A stretch of DNA of 63,474 nt, filler included, from Octopus bimaculoides (taxonomy: Eukaryota): the NCBI RefSeq assembly GCF_001194135.2. It is 7 parts of 5 records of this genome, joined end to end, with 100 filler letters (N's around TTAATTAATTAA, not from the genome) between each part and the next. Parts side by side here need not be neighbours in the genome. Positions count along the whole stretch, not along the records: positions 48,140 to 61,482 come from NC_068981.1; positions 61,583 to 63,474 come from NC_068986.1; 5 more parts are not named here. One strand, written 5' to 3'. Positions 61,444-63,474 of the stretch are shown piece by piece (positions within the stretch are counted from its first letter, which is position 1; each line of letters opens with the position of its first letter). The translations under genes and the position numbers were made by a program. The notes beneath the pieces are model-generated. The model was not told the origin of the DNA, ran no database searches, and saw only the letters and a list, made by a program, of their open reading frames with translations.

Positions 61444-61447
<4 letters not shown>
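61245..61447 (+). mobile_element. SINE family B, 3' half
   Basis: GATAGAATAAGTACTAGGCTT..AATAAGTCCTGGAGTC..AAATGACTGAAACAAG. Confidence 0.85.
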
Positions 61448-61482
<35 letters not shown>

Positions 61483-61813
61483 NNNNNNNNNNNNNNNNNN
61501 NNNNNNNNNNNNNNNNNNNNNNNNNNTTAATTAATTAANNNNNNNNNNNNNNNNNNNNNNNNNNNNNNNNNNNNNNNNNNNNGTCGAACGCAGAACGGCC
61601 ACGGGAAAGGTGGAAATATATAAATACATCTCCGTTGCACTTGCGACTCCCTCGCGCCTTCAGGAATTTGTGAATGTATAATTGTGTGAGGGGGTGGGGT
61701 GAGGAACATTTTGTTGAGATAAGAATTTACAGAACGGACATGTAATGTGAAGTGTTCGCTTTGAAAGTGGAGTCATTGGCCATAGTTGTCAGAGTGTCAT
61801 TAACGAAGAAAGA

Positions 61814-61879
<66 letters not shown>

Positions 61880-63043
61880 AGAAAGAAGCAGTTTGGTTGA
61901 AGGACACGGCAAAAGAAACAACTCAAGAAAATCTATACATTTAAGTATGTTAGTGAAAAATTCCCACAAACACAGACTGTTAATTGTTTTTATAAGGAGG
62001 TAAGGGAGAGGCGCGAAGGAGGGAACATTTAAGAGAGGAGTTTCAATGAACTTATTGCAAATAAAATCATTGAGTAGGTCGGTTGTGTGTTTTTTTTCTC
62101 TAGTTTTTCTTGCTGTTTATTATATTGTTGTTATTGTTGTATTAGATGTGAATGAGGGTCAACAGGGACAATCAAAGGTTTATATTAAAGACAAACAAAA
62201 AACAAATTGGAAGACCTTTTAGCTGATAAACACGACTACGCTGGTTGGCTGTCTACCAAAGTGAACGGCTACTTGAGGTCTGTAGCTCTCAGATTAGCTT
62301 TTGTGTCAAGTTACAGTAGATTGGCTTCAGGAATGTTTATGCAAAACAAACCTAGCCCCTGACTGAAAATGTAGGCTATGAGAGTAGGCATGAGTTGTAC
62401 TAACATTTCTGTTCTTTTCTTATTTCTTTCATTATTATTTTTTGTATTGTATAAATAGCAGCGGTTGGCAGGACCTGAACAATGGAGAGTGAGGGAAAGG
62501 AACACATCAAATCGAAGAGAAGAAACACTGAAATCTATTACAAACAATATCTGAGCTCTCAAGTATTGCTTCTATTTCTTTCTTTCTTTTTTTTTTTTCG
62601 TTGTTCTCCTTTTTAACATTTTTCTCTTTCGAAATCGAAGCGTTCATAACTTGACTATGACGGCTTTCATGGCTACGTGCAAATGGAAATGTGTTTTAAA
62701 ACGTCGAAAGAACACATTGTCAGTGTTTTGATTTCAGGAGTCGAAGCGAGTGAGGAGAAACTAATCTCACACAAAACGATAGTCTATTTATTACAGGTAA
62801 AACAATCCCAGATAATCCCCTATCAATCCAGTATTTGACTGATACCGGACCAATTGAGGCATGTTGATGGAAATTACTTTATTCAGAAACAATAAAAATA
62901 CCTGTAGCGGATTTGAACTCGAACTACTGTATTTGATGGCATAAAGGACACACGGCCATATTAGACGCACCCCAACTCCAATAGCGCATACTCAGGGCAA
63001 AAGAAGATTTTTCTGCATTAAAGTATGTAATAATAGCTTCTGA

Positions 63044-63386
63044 GGCAGTGGCGTGCTGGCAGAATCGGTTGCAGGTCGGGCGAAATGCTTAGCGTCATTT
63101 CGTTATCTTTACGTTCTTAGTTCAAATTTTGCCCTTCATCCTTTCGGAGTCGATAAAATAAGTACCAGTTGAACACTAGGGTCGATGTAATCCACTTACT
63201 CCTCCCTCGAAATTGCTGGCCTTGTGCGGTGAAATTGCGGTGAGGTGGCAGAAACGTTAGCATGTCGGGGAAAACACTGAGCGCGTCTTCATATGTCTTT
63301 ACGTTCTCAGTTCAAATTCCGCCGAAGTCGACGTTGCCATTTACCCCTTCGGGGTCAATAAAAGAAGTACCAGTTTATCACTGGGG
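63044..63386 (+). mobile_element. Two tandem SINE family A copies (63044-63227; 63237-63386)
   Basis: Two heads (TGGCAGAA..TTAGC) and two cores (CCTTC..GGGTC.ATAAAA..AAGTACCAG). Confidence 0.88.
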
Positions 63387-63474
63387 GAGGGAGGGAGAGC
63401 GATTATATATATATGTATCTTTGCGCTTGTGTTTGTTCCCTTCACCGCTTGACAACCAATGTTGGTGTGTTTAC

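Noticed and set aside
60824-61482. Further upstream DNAJC10 exons (donor-like sites near 60861 and 61106)
   Set aside because: In-frame stops in all usable frames and no ERdj5 similarity; the remaining 5' exons must lie outside this block.
8061-63386. Recurring ~35-bp conserved word CCTTTCATCCTTTCGGGGTCGATAAA as a CRISPR-like or regulatory array
   Set aside because: Dispersed, on both strands, embedded in ~210-bp units with tRNA-like heads and TSDs: a SINE core.

Overview
AT-rich, microsatellite-saturated animal genomic DNA. The repeat landscape points to a coleoid cephalopod, most likely Octopus (inference). The window is not one continuous sequence: six identical 100-bp spacers (44 N + TTAATTAATTAA + 44 N) split it into seven blocks, and many microsatellite-flanked N gaps occur inside blocks. 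The only gene I can support is a partial DNAJC10/ERdj5 orthologue on the minus strand. It has nine GT-AG exons (49356-60823) that splice in frame into 388 aa covering the end of a thioredoxin-like domain and Trx2-Trx4 (WCPPC, WCGPC, WCGHC). The J-domain exons and a predicted terminal 'DEL*' exon are not visible. The rest is simple repeats and decayed mobile DNA: two tRNA-headed SINE families (called A and B here), RTE, R4/Dong-like, Vingi-like and Penelope-like retroelements, mariner (DD34D-type), maT (DD37D) and Tc1 fragments, Helitron pieces and several foldback/MITE structures. Best leads: (1) Penelope-type LTR relics carrying hammerhead-ribozyme-like cores, twice arranged inside or against the internal microsatellite of SINE B in the same orientation; (2) a palindromic mariner derivative built from two right ends; (3) a CpG-decay contrast between SINE copies inside and outside the gene. 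I found no intact novel protein-coding system, and all family names come from motif recognition, not database searches.
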